Below, one piece after another: positions 12,921-27,900 of a DNA stretch of 64,000 bases. Origin of the DNA: Isurus oxyrinchus (taxonomy: Eukaryota); the NCBI GenBank assembly GCA_026770705.1, contig JANJGN010000002.1, positions 221,774,001 through 221,838,000 on the forward strand. The letters run 5' to 3'. The notes under the pieces are model-generated. The model saw only the letters and a list, made by a program, of their open reading frames with translations. It did no database searches and was not told where the DNA came from. Within the stretch, counting starts at the first letter, position 1. The number at the start of each line of letters is the position of its first letter. The position numbers were made by a program, and so were the translations under genes.

Positions 12921-15900
12921 AGAGCACGGACATGTATGTAAGAGAGAGGGGATAAAGAGGAAGGAAACGGGAGGGAGTGGTCAGAATGAACGAGGTACGT
13001 AGCGCAAATGAAAAAAAAAGGAATATAAAAACACAAGATTGGTCGGCATGAGCCAGGCAAGTTTGGGGAAAGAACAATTAAAAGTAAAAAGGGAGATTGC
13101 ATATATCAAACGGACATTTACTTGCTTTCTTGTATGCCGACTTTTGTTATTTTAATTCGTAAACTGCTTATTGCAATCGATCCAAATATTTTTAAGAAAA
13201 ATATGGATCCTCTCATTCTTGACTGTATGTGAGTCATGTGACCATTTAGGGATCATAGCTTGCTCAGGGGCATTTTTGAGGTAATATTATTAATCATTCA
13301 AATAGTACCACAATGAAGTTTTATTATAATTTAATTGATGATGCATGCAGATATATATGTATATTAATATATAATATATGCACACACGCATGTGCAAATA
13401 AATTCTAAAAACAATTAGTACTAGACTGAACATATTGTCAGCAAATTTCAAATGTTCTTGTATTTAAAATAATAAAATCTTTGCACACCAAGATCAAAAT
13501 AATATACACACAGAGTAAATATGCAGAGGCATAAATATATTATTATTGCTAATATTGTTGGTTTAAACAAACACTGTGATTCATTATCGTTCATATTTTC
13601 CATTCATCTAAGGTATATTCTAAACTGCACTATCACTACAATATATCTCGTGTCTACCTCAGAATTTCACATCACGTGCAATATTGCCAAGAGGAAATAT
13701 GAATAGTCCACTTTTATATAGAGAACGCTAATACATGAATACTGGATATCCATATTTTTTAGCAAGACCGTGAGAAAAGGCAATGTATATTTTTTCCCAG
13801 CAATTGTACTGAACTTTCTTCGAGGTACGATGCATACTGAAGATTGCAGTATAGATACCTAGACTTGCAAATCAGTCCAGAGGGGATGAATAGTTTCAAT
13901 GCATTGTCTTAGAACGTAACTTGCGTTTGTCGAGGGACTTGACACGTCTAAGTTATGCTGAATCTGGAAGAGATGCAATTTACTAAAAAGTAGTCTCCTT
14001 AATGTACAAGCTGCAAGTTAAAACCTAAAGGAGATTGTTTCCACATAAAAGGTCGTAAGTCAGTCCATTGCTGTCTGACCCTCCAGTTCCTTGTTAAAGG
14101 CATCATTCACACAGCCTCTAACAAAACCGCCTCAGCTTTCACGGAAATGTTTTTATTATTCTATTTTCTTACATGATTCGTTAATTAAGAAAGCTGAATG
14201 ATTAGAATAGCACCTGCGTGTTGTCAGGACGATTTCTGCATACTAATCTGTTCATCTTTATATCTAGTAATTATAACATAAAATAAGACATTGAATAGAA
14301 CGCAAAGATTTTTTTCTAAGGCTTCTACTAATCCCCTATTAAAGGAGTCTTGTTAAATAATTCAGGACAGTTTCCGGAAGTGGGATTACCGACTCCATTA
14401 TTTTTCAATGAAATGATATTTCACACTCAAATGAACCTCTGTATTTCTATAACAGCTTCTGAAAGGTCAGCCTCTATTTTCCAGAAATTAGAAATCTAAA
14501 GGGGAGCTTGATTCTTTTATGAACACAGGATGACAATAATCTCCTTACTCGCAGCCGTAATTAAAAATGCAATGAAGAAACCAGGCCTTTTTTCTTCTCC
14601 AATGTGGTACTTCACTATTTGACTGCATACATTGAAATATAAATTTGAACATTCCTACTCAGTCACTCAACGCACCACTCACCATACGTTCAAATTTCCA
14701 ACTATCTTATAATTTTATGCTGATTTTTTAAATTAAAAAGCATATATAAATCAGTGTACCCAAATTCACCGCAATATAATGAGGCTAAAGTGTAAGCTTG
14801 AAACTTTTGGAATGCAGTTGTTTTGCCAAAAGAACATAAACAGGGGAAAAGGCAAGACGAGGCTTAAACTAATTAAAATTCTCTTCCAACAAATATGATT
14901 GAGAGTGCAGAAAAATACGGTAACTCGTTCATGTGTTATTAAAATAGAATTATGCTCCGACTGCTTACCTTACAGCAGGCTTATTTACAACTTGTGTGTA
15001 TACTTGTATAAATATGTATGCATATTAGATATATATATATATGGTTTTGATTATTTCCAAATAATTCATATGAAATGTATACGTTTAATGACACGCACAT
15101 CCGATGTATTTATCCAAGTATACACCTGCGAATATGGGTGAACGTAATATGTTCTATTCACACGTTCCATTCATAAACGAGATATGCCATAGCAGTAATA
15201 TTGCAGTCAGAACATCTTGACGTATATTTGTGATTAAGATATGCTGCATAAACAGCAGACTGGCTATATTTTGTCATTTACGAAAAGCTGAAGTTTGCAG
15301 GCTTGATTGATTTGTGTAGAGCAGCACCAGATGCAAGTATAAGAGAGATGCTTGAGCGTATGAAAGCACCACTACACGTTATTAATCTCAACTTTAGAAA
15401 CTGAACATCACCATATGTACATCGTCCGAACCTGGCATTACTTGAATGGCAATTGAATCTCTATACCCCGAGGAAGGACTTCAAAGTCATTTCACATTTT
15501 AGGGGCATACCAAGTTTTCTATAAGCTAACATGTTGCGAAACTATTTTTGCACCATTATAACCAGAGCAAACCATCTGACGGCCATGCTTTTATTATATT
15601 TATTTATTGAAACCTTTGAAACTTGCACATAATACAGTCGATGATAATTTCAGCTAATTTGAAATCTGTTTTCTAATTAGAGGTCTAAATTTTAGCTCCA
15701 GCCGAGGAGTTTGACGTTTTTTTTTTTGCAAAGCAACAGTAATTCTCCAAAGCCGATATTAGTGTGGGAAAATTATTCCTTAAACCAGTTAAATTATCAG
15801 TGGCATTGCATGGACCTCAGAGAAATACGCTACCTCACCTCAATTATCCTGTCTTGCTTATCCAGGCAGCTTTTCTACAATATTGGTTGACAATAGTTCA

Positions 15901-18900
15901 AGAAAATATATAATTTATGTCTGCGTTGATTTTATATTAAAAAGAAAACAGTGCTGGATCAAATTGTCGAAATCATTTAGGTGAACGCCACCTTGCTTGT
16001 AGTTGATTAAAATTTATAGTATGTCTTCATCAGACTTCCAGTATTTCACACGCCAAAATGAAATTGTGAGCACTTTATACCGTGCTATTTCATAATTGCC
16101 CCACTGAAATATCTCTCGTGGTGAACATGGTTTAAAGTTCCGTTTCAATGTTTTGTTCGAAAAATGACTGTATATGACTTTAAATCGGGTCTGCACTTGA
16201 TACAGCTGCAAAACACTAACAAGATTGGTTTAATTTTTTTGTTATCGTGTAACGCGAAATCCTAATATGTATAGCATAAGCATATAATGTGAGTGCTACT
16301 GTGTATGCACGCTGATGAACGATCCCATTTTAACATCATTATCTCTTTTATTTAATATCTAAAAAAACACCATATTATTATTGTTTAGCCACACTGCAGA
16401 CTAAGTTTCCTGCTTGAATATTTGGTTAAAAACACTGCAAAGGTAATTTTTTAAACATTGCTGATGTTAAAGCGTATTCCATTGTTGGTGCGTTTTCTTA
16501 GGAATGATTCCACCCGAATTAAGAAAAGGAAAGCAAATTTCACGATATTTCGAGCCTTCTCTTTTTCATTAATACAGAAAGGATGATGTACACATAAAAC
16601 TGAAAATCGGTCTTGATAATATAGGTGTTTAATTGTGTTTCAGGAATGTCCGTAAACTTAAGAAAATATTTAAAAGATTTTGAAATTTTTATTGCCTGTT
16701 TGGGAGAGCCAATAAATTTTAACTATCATTTAGATTCTATGGAGTCTCAGTTGGATGTTTAATAGTCAGTTAAACAGTGTCTTGTTTTGTCCTTACTCGC
16801 CAGCGCGCTTTTCGCTCCCGTATTTGGGAACCTTATTCACCACATAAATATCTTATGTTACCATGGTTTATTATGATCTGTATAAATCAACATATGCTTC
16901 GCAGCTTCAAAGGTTTACCGAAGCTATACGGTCTTAACAAGTCATGTGGGTGACATTGACGACGTCAGAATCTCTACCAGGGGGTGACTGCTTGGGACAA
17001 ATATTGTTTCTTAGGAGCGGTCTTCCGTTATTTCTGTTTCTTATTAGTTTGCCTATAACCAAGAATTATTGAACAATGGTATACAAATTACATTCTGGTG
17101 GCATTTTACTTAACCAAAAGTTGCAGCGCATATCTCGTTCCATGTTTCAAGCAAGATTAAAGAAATGAATATGGCACTGCAATAGTTCACATTGAAAATC
17201 CACGCCTAAATTAAATGACATACAACGACACCGGAAGAAGCGTTGAAATCTATATTATTTTAAAAAAGACCTTAAGAAATTTGAGGAAAGAAAAATTAAA
17301 ATCGCCACTTATACGATGCCACATTCATTATTGATCGCATATCACTTTCACCTAATTCATATAAATGCAGTGTAGTGACGGGGACTAGCCTACTCTTGCA
17401 CAGTGTCGTGAGGGTATTGGCTCAGGAGGTTACTACTGAGTGTGAGATTATTGTGCTTCAACCGATGGGTGCTGAAATTCTGTTTAGATTATAAATTCTG
17501 ACGTCATGTTTTATGCATATTAGTCATAAGGAACAAGGCATCGTGCTTTTGAATGCACGTACAAAATCGAAAATCTGCGATACCAAACGATTACTTAGAA
17601 AAGTAAGGTATTGAGTATAAATATGAGTTGATTACTTTTTGCCCACTTCAGAGTTTAGTATTTTGGTCTCCGTATTGTTTAGGGGTGCTAGTCCTTATAC
17701 ATGCATTGCTTTGTTGTCAGGACTTATCAGTGAATGGACGTTAATTAATGCTCTCCAGAAGCTTGGATGGAGTGGATGATAGGAAGCAACAGGGGATGAA
17801 TCCCTCCAAAATGGTTTGTCAATGATGAGAAAGAAAAGCCAGTGTCAATAAAAGAACCACTAATGATGGCCACACGTCTCTCACCATGTTGTCCAACGTG
17901 CCTTTCCATCTCTTGTTGACTATAGTCAAGTGTAATAACTGCATATCCTCAGTCAAGCATTATAGCCTTTCACCGTGTGGATTAATTAGTAAGAGTTGTC
18001 ACCTCTTCATTTCTTTCTGGCCACCATTTTGGACGAATTTCAAAGTAAGCAACTGTGTGAACATATAGCGAATGTGGGATTAGATTTCGATTTTCACCGT
18101 TTTGATAATTTAAGAATTCAAATGGTCCTTAAAGGTTCATAAATTAGAGACGACAAAAAAATTGTTAAGTCACCGGAAAAATTGCTTGCTCACTTCACCA
18201 TCAACCATATCGTAAAACAGAGCGCATGCGTGTAGCTTTTTCTCAACATGCTTTATTTGAATTATAGCAATGAGCTGTGGCTTTGGCGATAAACTGGGGC
18301 TCGAATGCAACTAAAATGAGTTTGCTGGTTCAGTTATGGCTGCCACATTTATGTTTCAAATATCTCCAGCAAAACAAAACCTTTCGACTGATGTAAAACT
18401 GACTAAACAAAATCGTGTTGTTGAAAGACTTGCCATCGTTTGGGTGCATAATATATCACTGATTGAAATCAATGTCGTCTGACTGCTCCCAGCCAAAATA
18501 AAACTTGTGCACGCAACACGTTCATAAGATATGTATATAAAAGCTCAATTAGTGTTCTATTTATTGATTGGGGCAGCATCTCAGTCGGCGTGATACCACA
18601 TGACTCAAAACAATTTGAGCTAAACGATATGATCAAACAATATTTTAATAGAATGAGATTACATCTTGAAGTTATCATCTACGTGTTGCGATTCGCACAC
18701 ACATGGTATAATGCAATGCAATCCCCAATTTTTGTTTCAGTTATGGTTATACGAGGAAATACCGCCCCCCTCGCCCCCACCACCGCCTCACAGTCATTTA
18801 ACATCTACATTAAGTGACTTGCTGTCAGTGTACTCCGAGTAACTATCGTAAGAACTTGCTAACCTTAAGAGCCATCAGCGTGCAACAAGACCGTGTAGGC

Positions 18901-21900
18901 TGTTGATTAAAATAAATATCTCGCACTTTTGACCGCAATTTGACTTGATTTTCTGTATCCATTATGATATTTTATTAAGGGCCACGATTTACTTAATGCA
19001 GCTGCCAATAATTCCTTCCGACTTGATTGACAATAATGAATTATTTGCCTGAGACCCTGGTTTCAATTTAAGGCCCCCAAACGTCCATGCAAAATACGAA
19101 AATGCTTCCAGGACTTGGGGGAGGGTTATACTGGACGAAATTCTGTAATCATGGTAATGAATTCATTAGAAAATTGCTTTCCTGCAAATTGCAACATGTC
19201 TGTCACGTTGAGAACCAGCTATTTACGAAACGAGGAGGCTGCTAACTTATTTCACCGACAATTTGCACAAATTTGGAAACGATTGATTTGCGACGCGATG
19301 CTATAATAATCCCACCCCAAAGAATTCATGATTAAAAGTTAGATACCCATTGTTTCTTTGGGCCCAACCTAGCGTGGACTTTAACATGGAAACTAATAGG
19401 ACGGAATTGTGGCCACTTTTAAAGGCGACAGGGATAGAGCTATGAATAGTTTAATTAAAACTAGCTTATATTGTTAAACAAGGTTTTGTGAAAAAAAACG
19501 GCTGAAAGAATCTGTTTCAGGTTGAATGCTTTTTAACAGATTCCTTTTTTGGTGGTGTCAGGCGCAATGTAATGCCCAGCACTCCTTGTATAGTGCCGAT
19601 TTGCCGTGTTCTTGAAAAAAAACCCGACATAATCAAAAAGTGAACAGCGAACAAAAGATGCAGACATTACAAGCGATTGTAGAGCGGGGAGGGGTGGGGG
19701 GGGGGGGGGGGGGCGGGGAGGAGGAGAACTCGGCCCTAAATCCGTTCAGGGATAGTAAACGGCAAAGGATAAGAGGTCTACATTTAGTACTCTCTTCTTA
19801 CTCAAATGATTCTAAAAGTGGCGAGCCAAAAGGGGGGTGCGTAATGAGTGATTTTTATTCCATTTCCATTTCAGGTCATTTTATTGAGATGATTGGATTT
19901 ACCTGCTTAATGCGCTGTTCAATAAAGTTTGCTTCAGCCTCCAACTTAAAAATTAAAAGAGAAAGACTTTGAAAGACGAATTGGTAGAAGGCGACTTCGC
20001 TAATAGAATTGGGAAGAATGCAAGGAACTGAAACGAGAAGAGAAAATATAATGCCTTTGAATAATAGAGATTACTGCAACTAAACCTTAATACAACACTG
20101 TAGGAAATGGCATTGAACAAAATGGCGACCGTGCAGGAGTTTGAAATGCAAAACCCGGGATTTGTTAAGGAACATTTCTCAACATTGATATAAGACTGCT
20201 GCAAGAAAATAGAAGGGTCGAGTTTAATGCAGGGTGTTTTATTTTATGCACGTTTAAATCGCAGGAAAATCAGAAATAATTATCCGATTCATATCAATTA
20301 AAATTATAACCCTTTATGTTGTCACTCTGTTTCTATAGCAGTTATTCTAATAGTTATATACAGTTTGAAGTTTCGGAAATGCACTGTTTGAGCAGGAATT
20401 TGAACAGGTAAGGCAGCATAACACCAACACAATTGTCGGTTCAGTCTAAAATGTAGCAACAGTTCTAATACTGCCCTGTCTGCTCAAGGTAGTAATACAA
20501 GTCTTTCCATCTTTTATCTCTTTAGAAACGGTTCAGAACTAACGGACAGAAAACGCTTGACAGAGAGGAGAACAAATCGCTGACAAAGAACGCTTTCCGT
20601 TTCATCAGCGTCGTTAAGACGACAAGGAAGAATCCCTTAGATAATAACTCCCACTTCAAAGACTTCTGCCCTGAATAGAGAATGTACCATCCTTTTTATT
20701 CAGCCACAAGGGTTTTCACTAAAGAGGACTCGACTGTTTGGTTATTTTTCACCGTGTTTATTTTTCGCCATTCACTGGGTACTTGTATAAAATAAACAAC
20801 AAGACAATTACTAAAAGACGAATTCCCAACTTATCTGCTCACAGGGCCCGGATCGAACCCGCTGGGCTCCCTCTCCGAGCAGCCAAGCCAGTTTGATTCA
20901 GGCCATCCCTAATCCGCCTGAGAATTCGTCCCAACCCCAAAATATTAAAGATTATGATGAAGTGAAGATTGACTGTACTAACCTAGCATGAAACCAAAGG
21001 TCAACGCAAATGTATCTTAATAGAGTGTCTCGAATCGAGTGTGCCTCCTTTGAAGGCAGTTTGCTATTGCTCCGTTCATTACCATAGCGATCCTAGCGTG
21101 CGGTGCTGATGCACCATAAAACTCACACTTTGGAATTCTAAAACCCGGCTCTTTGAACAGCCCGAGTCTGATTAGGGTCCTTGTGTCCTTTATATTCTTT
21201 CTTATTCTCCGGGGGCAAAAAATCTCTTAGCCCTTTTAAAAGTTTATGGAAAGTTTAACTCTCTCCCTGATTAACTATATCAGATAGAGACAGGAAATTT
21301 AAAAAAAAAGTTAATTGACACTCTAACCTCTAACTCAAGCCGCCTTTTTTTCCCCTTTTGCTCGGAGGTGGGGCGCGACTTATATTTGTGGTTTTATTTG
21401 AATTTGGTACAAGTCATGCTTCTCATGAGGCTTTTTTTTTGCTGCCGAAAGTTAAGTAACAATGAGATGAACGACGTAAAACAAATATATGTATATATAT
21501 CATATACACATACACATATAGCTATATACACTCAAAAGCTTGCTTACATATGGTCCTTAAGACGTACACATTCCGCTCTTAATGAAAAGACTGGACTAGC
21601 TCCAGACTTGGCTTTCAGTACTTAAGTATGACTTGTCTATTGCCATAGAAATCCTAACTCACCATGAAGATTCACCGTTGCGAAGAAATACTTCTTTGTA
21701 GATTTTCCTGCTTTGATGTCTCCACAAGGATATTCAGGCTTTTGAGTTGTGGCTGTTTGGATTACCTATAGCAACTGGGTGGACATCTGCAACAAGTAAA
21801 TGAAAAATTAAAGGTGAATCCCTACCCATCCTAATGAATTCCATTTATAAACTTGCGCATAACGTTACTTATTGCACCCTCTAAGGCTCCAAAACTTTGA

Positions 21901-22601
21901 AAGGCTGTCCAAAAGTTCATTGCTTTCGTCTTATCGTTTTGTAGCCAATCCATCACACGCCACTATAATCTGATCTAAAAGTAGACTGAAATAAATAAAT
22001 GCTTTACTCTCGATACTTTATTACTCAACTTTTTTTATGGGCGTTAATTATTCTTCGATTATTGCATCATCTGGCTCTACGTCCATCGAAAAAGTTTCAC
22101 TTGTTCTCCGTGTCTTTCACGTGAATTTGGACATTGTAAGAAATGGATGCCCACGTCTTTCTAAAGATGCCTGTCCTCGCTTTTAATTTTCTTTCCATGC
22201 TTCCTTTTATTTTTGGCCTACAGATGCTTTCTGTACCGGGTATCGGGGAAAACATAATTAAGGAAAGAAAGAAAACTAACTTATTTAATAAACTATGATG
22301 GAAGTCAGGCGACCTTAGTCATTGGCGGTGCAACAGAGCAAACTGGGGAAAAGATGATTGGATTATTAATATCTTTTCACAGCTGTCCAGACTTTACTGG
22401 AATATATAGTAGATTAGGCTTTCTCTGAGGGAAAAACGAATATATTAACTCCATTTTATTTATCTTGCATAGCAACCTAGTCCCCTTACTGTGCAATACG
22501 TTATATCCCCATTTGCTAGGCCTCATACCACAAAAAGTGAAGCGAGAACAACTAGGCTACGCGAACTGCTTATGCCAAATGTTAAACTCCCTAGTTACTT
22601 T

Positions 22602-22690
22602 TGTGTGTCTGTGTGTGTGTAAGTGTGTGTCTGTGTGGATGTATGTGTGTTAGTGTGCGTGTGTGTGTGTAAGTGTGAGTGCGTGTGTGT
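22602..22690 (+). repeat. Imperfect (TG)n microsatellite
   Basis: Interrupted TG repeats. Confidence 0.8.
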
Positions 22691-23109
22691 AAGGAATGAC
22701 GAGGAAAGCAAAATATTTCACATTTCAATTATGAATCGTTATTTGGATTCGAGTAAAAAAAAGTTTGCTGTTCATGAGATTCCCAAAGCATAAGCACTTT
22801 TGTCAAATTTAGACCTTTGATCCATCAAGTTTACCATCAAGGGGTAGTTGCACTAAACTGATTCTAAAATTATTTTTGCACAGTAGTGCTTTATCAAGTG
22901 CTGTATCATTGATTCTCTGTGTTGACTAAATGTTTTCTGTAATATTTTAATCAGAAAAAAATCAATGTGATATATATATATATCTTTCTGTTTCTCGTTC
23001 GTCTATATCTGTGTGACTATATACTACCTATCTATTCATTATCTATCAGTTACCACCTTTATCTGTCTAACAGGCAATGGGTAGCTGCGTGATTTAGCTT
23101 TTCATTGTA

Positions 23110-24541
23110 AAGTGTAACAAACAGCCGTTTTATTTTATTTTACAAAATTTATTTTTACAAGACGCATTTACTTGTGAATTCTGACAATACAGTTATAAAC
23201 TATGCACAGCCCATTCGTACATTGGCAAAGTACAATGTGATTTCAGTACACATTCCAACGATTTCTGCTTAAACAGTAAGATTTCACCGTAACAATACCT
23301 CGGTCTTCCAACTTTTCACCAACTATTTTTAAAGGTTCCACAAAGGGAAAACGCGCTTCGCCGATGTTACAGTTTAAAGAGAATGCGTTTCATTTAAAAG
23401 AAAACGTGCGTTCAGCATAAATCAAAAGTACTAAATGTTTGTAGCCCCCTGACTACAAAAAAATATATACCAATGAGTTAGAGCTTGCTCTTTAGTAGTG
23501 GTTATATATATATATATATATGTCACGGAGATAAGACAGAACCGATGTTTTACTAGGCATATTAACGACAAATGGCTCATTTTCTAAAAGTTTTAAACAG
23601 TATTCCTAATATTATCAATTTATTACAAACCGGTACGAATGTATATCAAAACAGGATCAAAAATACAGAAAGAAAAGTATCCTACATAGTCAAAACCTCC
23701 AGTTATAAAACACTATAATTTACAGAACACGCACTAATTATTTAAAATAATCCGAGAAAAAAATGTACACTGTCTAATCGCCCTGTAATAAAACACTTTG
23801 GGTCATTTATACAAAATGTGTTTTATTGTAACATTTTAAATAAATTATTTCAAGGAAAACAAAACAGAAAAAAAGGAACGAATTATTTAACACAGATGGA
23901 CGCTGCATTTGTCAATACCAATATTTATATGTTTTTACAGACTTATTCTGCAAAAAATGTCTAACACTGAAAATGTAGTTTGCAGAAATGTTTAAACAAA
24001 GTCAAAGGCTAGACAGGCTTTTAAAGAGACAGTATCCATTTTGTTTTGGCCTACAAAAGCTTTTGTTCATTACTATTCACATCAGGTGTACAGAATATCT
24101 TCTTTCGCCCTTCTGGCTTTCAAAAAGAATTGCAACGTACTTAACAAATCGATATAACAGTGTATTTTTCTTCCACAAGAATGAAAGGTAATAACGAGAA
24201 ATGGAACAACGATTTTCTTTACACAACATCTTGTGAAAACAATACTATATGTTGGCAGCACTTGTGAGTGAACGGAGATGCTGCATTGTTCAAGACGCGC
24301 ATTCTTGCCTATAAACTGCAACTTGTGTACGATTACATTAGGGATACTTTCTCTTTAATACATGTTTTTATATATTTTTTGTATGCCAGTGCATTACATT
24401 ATTTCCCTAGGCGCTAGGCCTCCAGAAACTCAAGTAGTTCCCAAGTCCAGTGCAGCAATGGCATTGCTAACACCATAACAAAGACTTAGTATATATTTTT
24501 AATGATTGTGGATTCATGTCCGACTGGCCTTAACTTTCTGG
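23110..24541 (-). other. Zic4 3' UTR with candidate poly(A) signals
   Basis: Minus-strand AATAAA (plus TTTATT) at ~23822, ~23618 and a cluster at 23129-23153. Confidence 0.5.
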
Positions 24542-24978
24542 TTAGAGTATAGTTCTGGGGTCAGAGTTTCTGTAAGAGTGCTCTCCTGGTCCAGGTGATG
24601 ATGAATTACTTGGAGGTGTTGGAATACCGCTTGCTCCTGTGCTCTGACACACATACCATTCGCTCAGGTTAGCTGCGTGGGAAGATGTGATGGGGTCAAG
24701 CTGGGAGGCTGAAGCCGGGGGGTCCCGACCTGAGTCCGAAGAAGGAGATACCAGCGAAGGGGTGGAGGATTCGTAGCCCGAACTGGGAGGTGGAGATTTG
24801 CAATGGACCTTCATGTGCTTACGAAGGGAACTGGGGTGCGTGTACGATTTATCACAGCCTCTTACTTTGCAGTTATAGGGCTTGTCACTTGTATGCACAT
24901 GCGAGTGCTTTTTCCTGTCGCTGCTGTTAGCAAAACGTCTGTCACAGCCTTCAAACTCGCATTTGAAGGGCTTTTCTC
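24542..24978 (-). CDS. zic4: Zic family member 4, coding exon 2 (ZF4, ZF5, C-terminus)
   Basis: Acceptor ttttcttttag|GA GAA AAG CCC TTC restores [72 protein letters not shown]...NLSEWYVCQ...; stop TAA at 24542-24544. Length 437 nt; spliced CDS 1599 nt = 532 aa. Confidence 0.96.
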
Positions 24979-27900
24979 CTAAAAGAAAACCACAAGGGGC
25001 AGAGTGATGAGTTCACAGACGTTAAGGTATTATCATACGTTATTAACATTCAGTTATTATCTACTATTAAAAGTGCAACTTAATCACTAACACACATTTC
25101 AAGAAACGCTAAGTTAGCTATTTGAGGCATTCATATTACAGTATTGTGTTGCAGATACGTTCTTGCAGATATGGTGTGACGTAATGGTTTATCCTTGTTA
25201 GTAAAGTTAAAGCTGTGTTTAATGCCAAGGCCTAAGCACCAGCCATTTGTTCAAAGTGACTTACAATGGATTTCTGAATTAGCAGGGGTGGTTTTTTTCA
25301 AAAAGGGCATTGGTGATTATTCTAATAAGACATTACAATATCATTAATTTTAAATTTTATTTAAAAACAATATATCTGTGGTAAATATAATACATTGCGG
25401 CTACAATGCAAAAGCTACGTGCTTTACAATAGAGGCCCTTCACCGAACTCTCAAAATGTCGATTTAATATTACACCGTAATTAGCCAAACGTTCAGAAAG
25501 CCGTTAGAATAATTTGACCTTCACTTGCTAGGTTGAGACGGCCAATCAACGATATTAGTGTAGTACAAGCTAGTAGTAAGTTAGTGGACCCATGGGGAAG
25601 CCCAGACTCATAAACACTGTTATTGTGCCGTGTCTGGAGCGTCCGACACTACGAGCGTGAAGTCTGCTCTGACAATTCCCGAGAGCTCTAAACTCCTCCT
25701 GGCTACACAATTCTCCTTCTTTACTATTAATGCTGTGTATAAAGGAGTGAGTAATATAAGATTAACTGCGACCAATCCTTGTTAAGTGTCATCTCACCAG
25801 TTAGCTTCGTCCTGGCTAAAATAAATAAGTTGACGAAAGCCTCCCTGAAATTGAATTTAAACTTTGCGTTCGATAACTTAGAAAAAATATGCCTACCTGG
25901 TGATAAACTCTGCAAGCGGGGTTGCACGTTCTGATCAATCTCTTAACATGCATGTTTAATTCCAGCTTTGGACTTTGTACGGTAATATTTTATAAGTGAG
26001 GTGACAAAACTACTGAAGCCTCTGTTTACCCAGAGGCGATCTTTTCATGCTTGTTGAAATAAATAATGTAAAAGGGACGGGATTTCAATTCAATAAAACT
26101 GGCCTATAAAGGACTGAAGCCAATCAAACGGCATGAATATTTTACAAGATAATTACTTTGTTAATAGAATTACTATACTTGCTATTTTTTATTTAAGAAT
26201 TTAGTAACAATAGTGTGTGCAATTTTAAACTAAAAGAGAAATGCAATATTTATCACACTTACAGTGATTAATTGCAACATATGGAGGATGCTATTTAACT
26301 GAAATATGGGAACGTCTAAGCAGTCGACGCAACTAAACACACGGCTCTTCTAGGGGTTACTACAGTATTTTTAAATAAATAGAAATACGGCCGGTCAAAT
26401 GAATTGTTCTTGCAAATTAAGTGCTCATCACTCTAAACTGCTGAGCTGGAGTCGATGAAGTACTGGGAAAGTTTGTTTAGGCAAGGACAGACAATGCTAT
26501 CAAGTGTCAGATACGCGCAGTGTGCCTATTCTGCACCCACTGCACACATACATTTGTGTGTCTTATGCTATCAACTATCTAAAAATATTAAACGTAATGC
26601 ATTCCTTACGTGATATATTTTTGAAATATCCATTTCACATGTTATCTCTTTTGCAAAGTGCTTTATGCTTTGTGTTTCTTTTTAAACCGAATGCTGCAAT
26701 TTATTAGTGTTACCGGCGATCCTTAACTTACAGAGTAAAGGGAAAATATGTTTTGAATTGAATATATAACTAGGACCAGACCTATAAAAAGACCCACAAA
26801 CCTCCCCTTGTTACGATGGACATTGAAAATGCACTTCGATTCAACTAAAAAGCCAACGGACATGCCACAGTTACGTTACCAGTAAATACAGGAGACAGTT
26901 GAGACAGAAAAAAACAAAACGCACGCGGACAGTTTGGAAGAGTTTGCAAGTTTCGGTCCAGAAAAGTGCCTCCGATTAAATTGTACCTACTCATTTTTAC
27001 TGAGAACCTTTTCTCCCCACCTCCCACCACCACCGCCACCAACCACCCCCCTCCCCAACCCCCCTCAGTCCTCCAACACCCCCAACCACAACCACCGCCC
27101 CTTCCCAATCCTCCGTTCTGCCAACTCTACTCGGGACCTAAAGGAAAGCACCAAGAAGCGTATTTTGCTACCGCAGAATTGAACATAAAACTGAAATGTG
27201 TTCAGCTTTTGCGGAGAAATTCGGAGGCAATTTCCCTGCAGTGTCTTCTAGGCGAGCAAGGCCGCGCACAAGGCAGACAACAATACAGCGGGCGAGCCCA
27301 CGGCGTATCGAACCGCTGCTGTAAACCCAATTAATAGAGGCTTTTCCAGGGAGTGTGAAAAATTTATCTGTGCAGTTTCATTACTTATAGATTATTCTGA
27401 TTTGGGAAGTTCAAACGCAGCTTTGAATAAGCCTCGATCGACTCAATTTACTTGCTGCTAAGTGGAACTAGCAGATGTTTTTGACACATGTCCCAGTTTC
27501 ACAAATGGTTCTGCAAGTGACATTTTCGGAAAACGTAGGCCTGAACATTTGTTTTCATTAGTCTGAGGCCTCTAACGTGTTTAGATTTTAAAAAAAACAA
27601 ATAGGTTAGGAAGCACGCACACACACTTGTAGTACTGTTACAGCACATGATGATTGAACTTAATAGATTTATGTTTATGGCTCCTAACAAAAAATAACAG
27701 AACAAAACATACAATTCATTCTTTAATAATTCTCAGTTTTCTGCCAAAGCTTTCACTGAAATCTGCTTAACGGCAAAACAATGTTCGCAGAGTTCCAAGT
27801 GTCATGTTTTGGAACAATCTTTAACTGCAGCTGAAAGGAAGAAAGCGAGCGACTTTGAATTTCAGTAAAAAATTGAATCAGGGTTGCTTTATTATCTGCA

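Noticed and set aside
13850-14050. Possible very old CR1 relic
   Set aside because: Only faint resemblance by eye; cannot be supported without a profile search.
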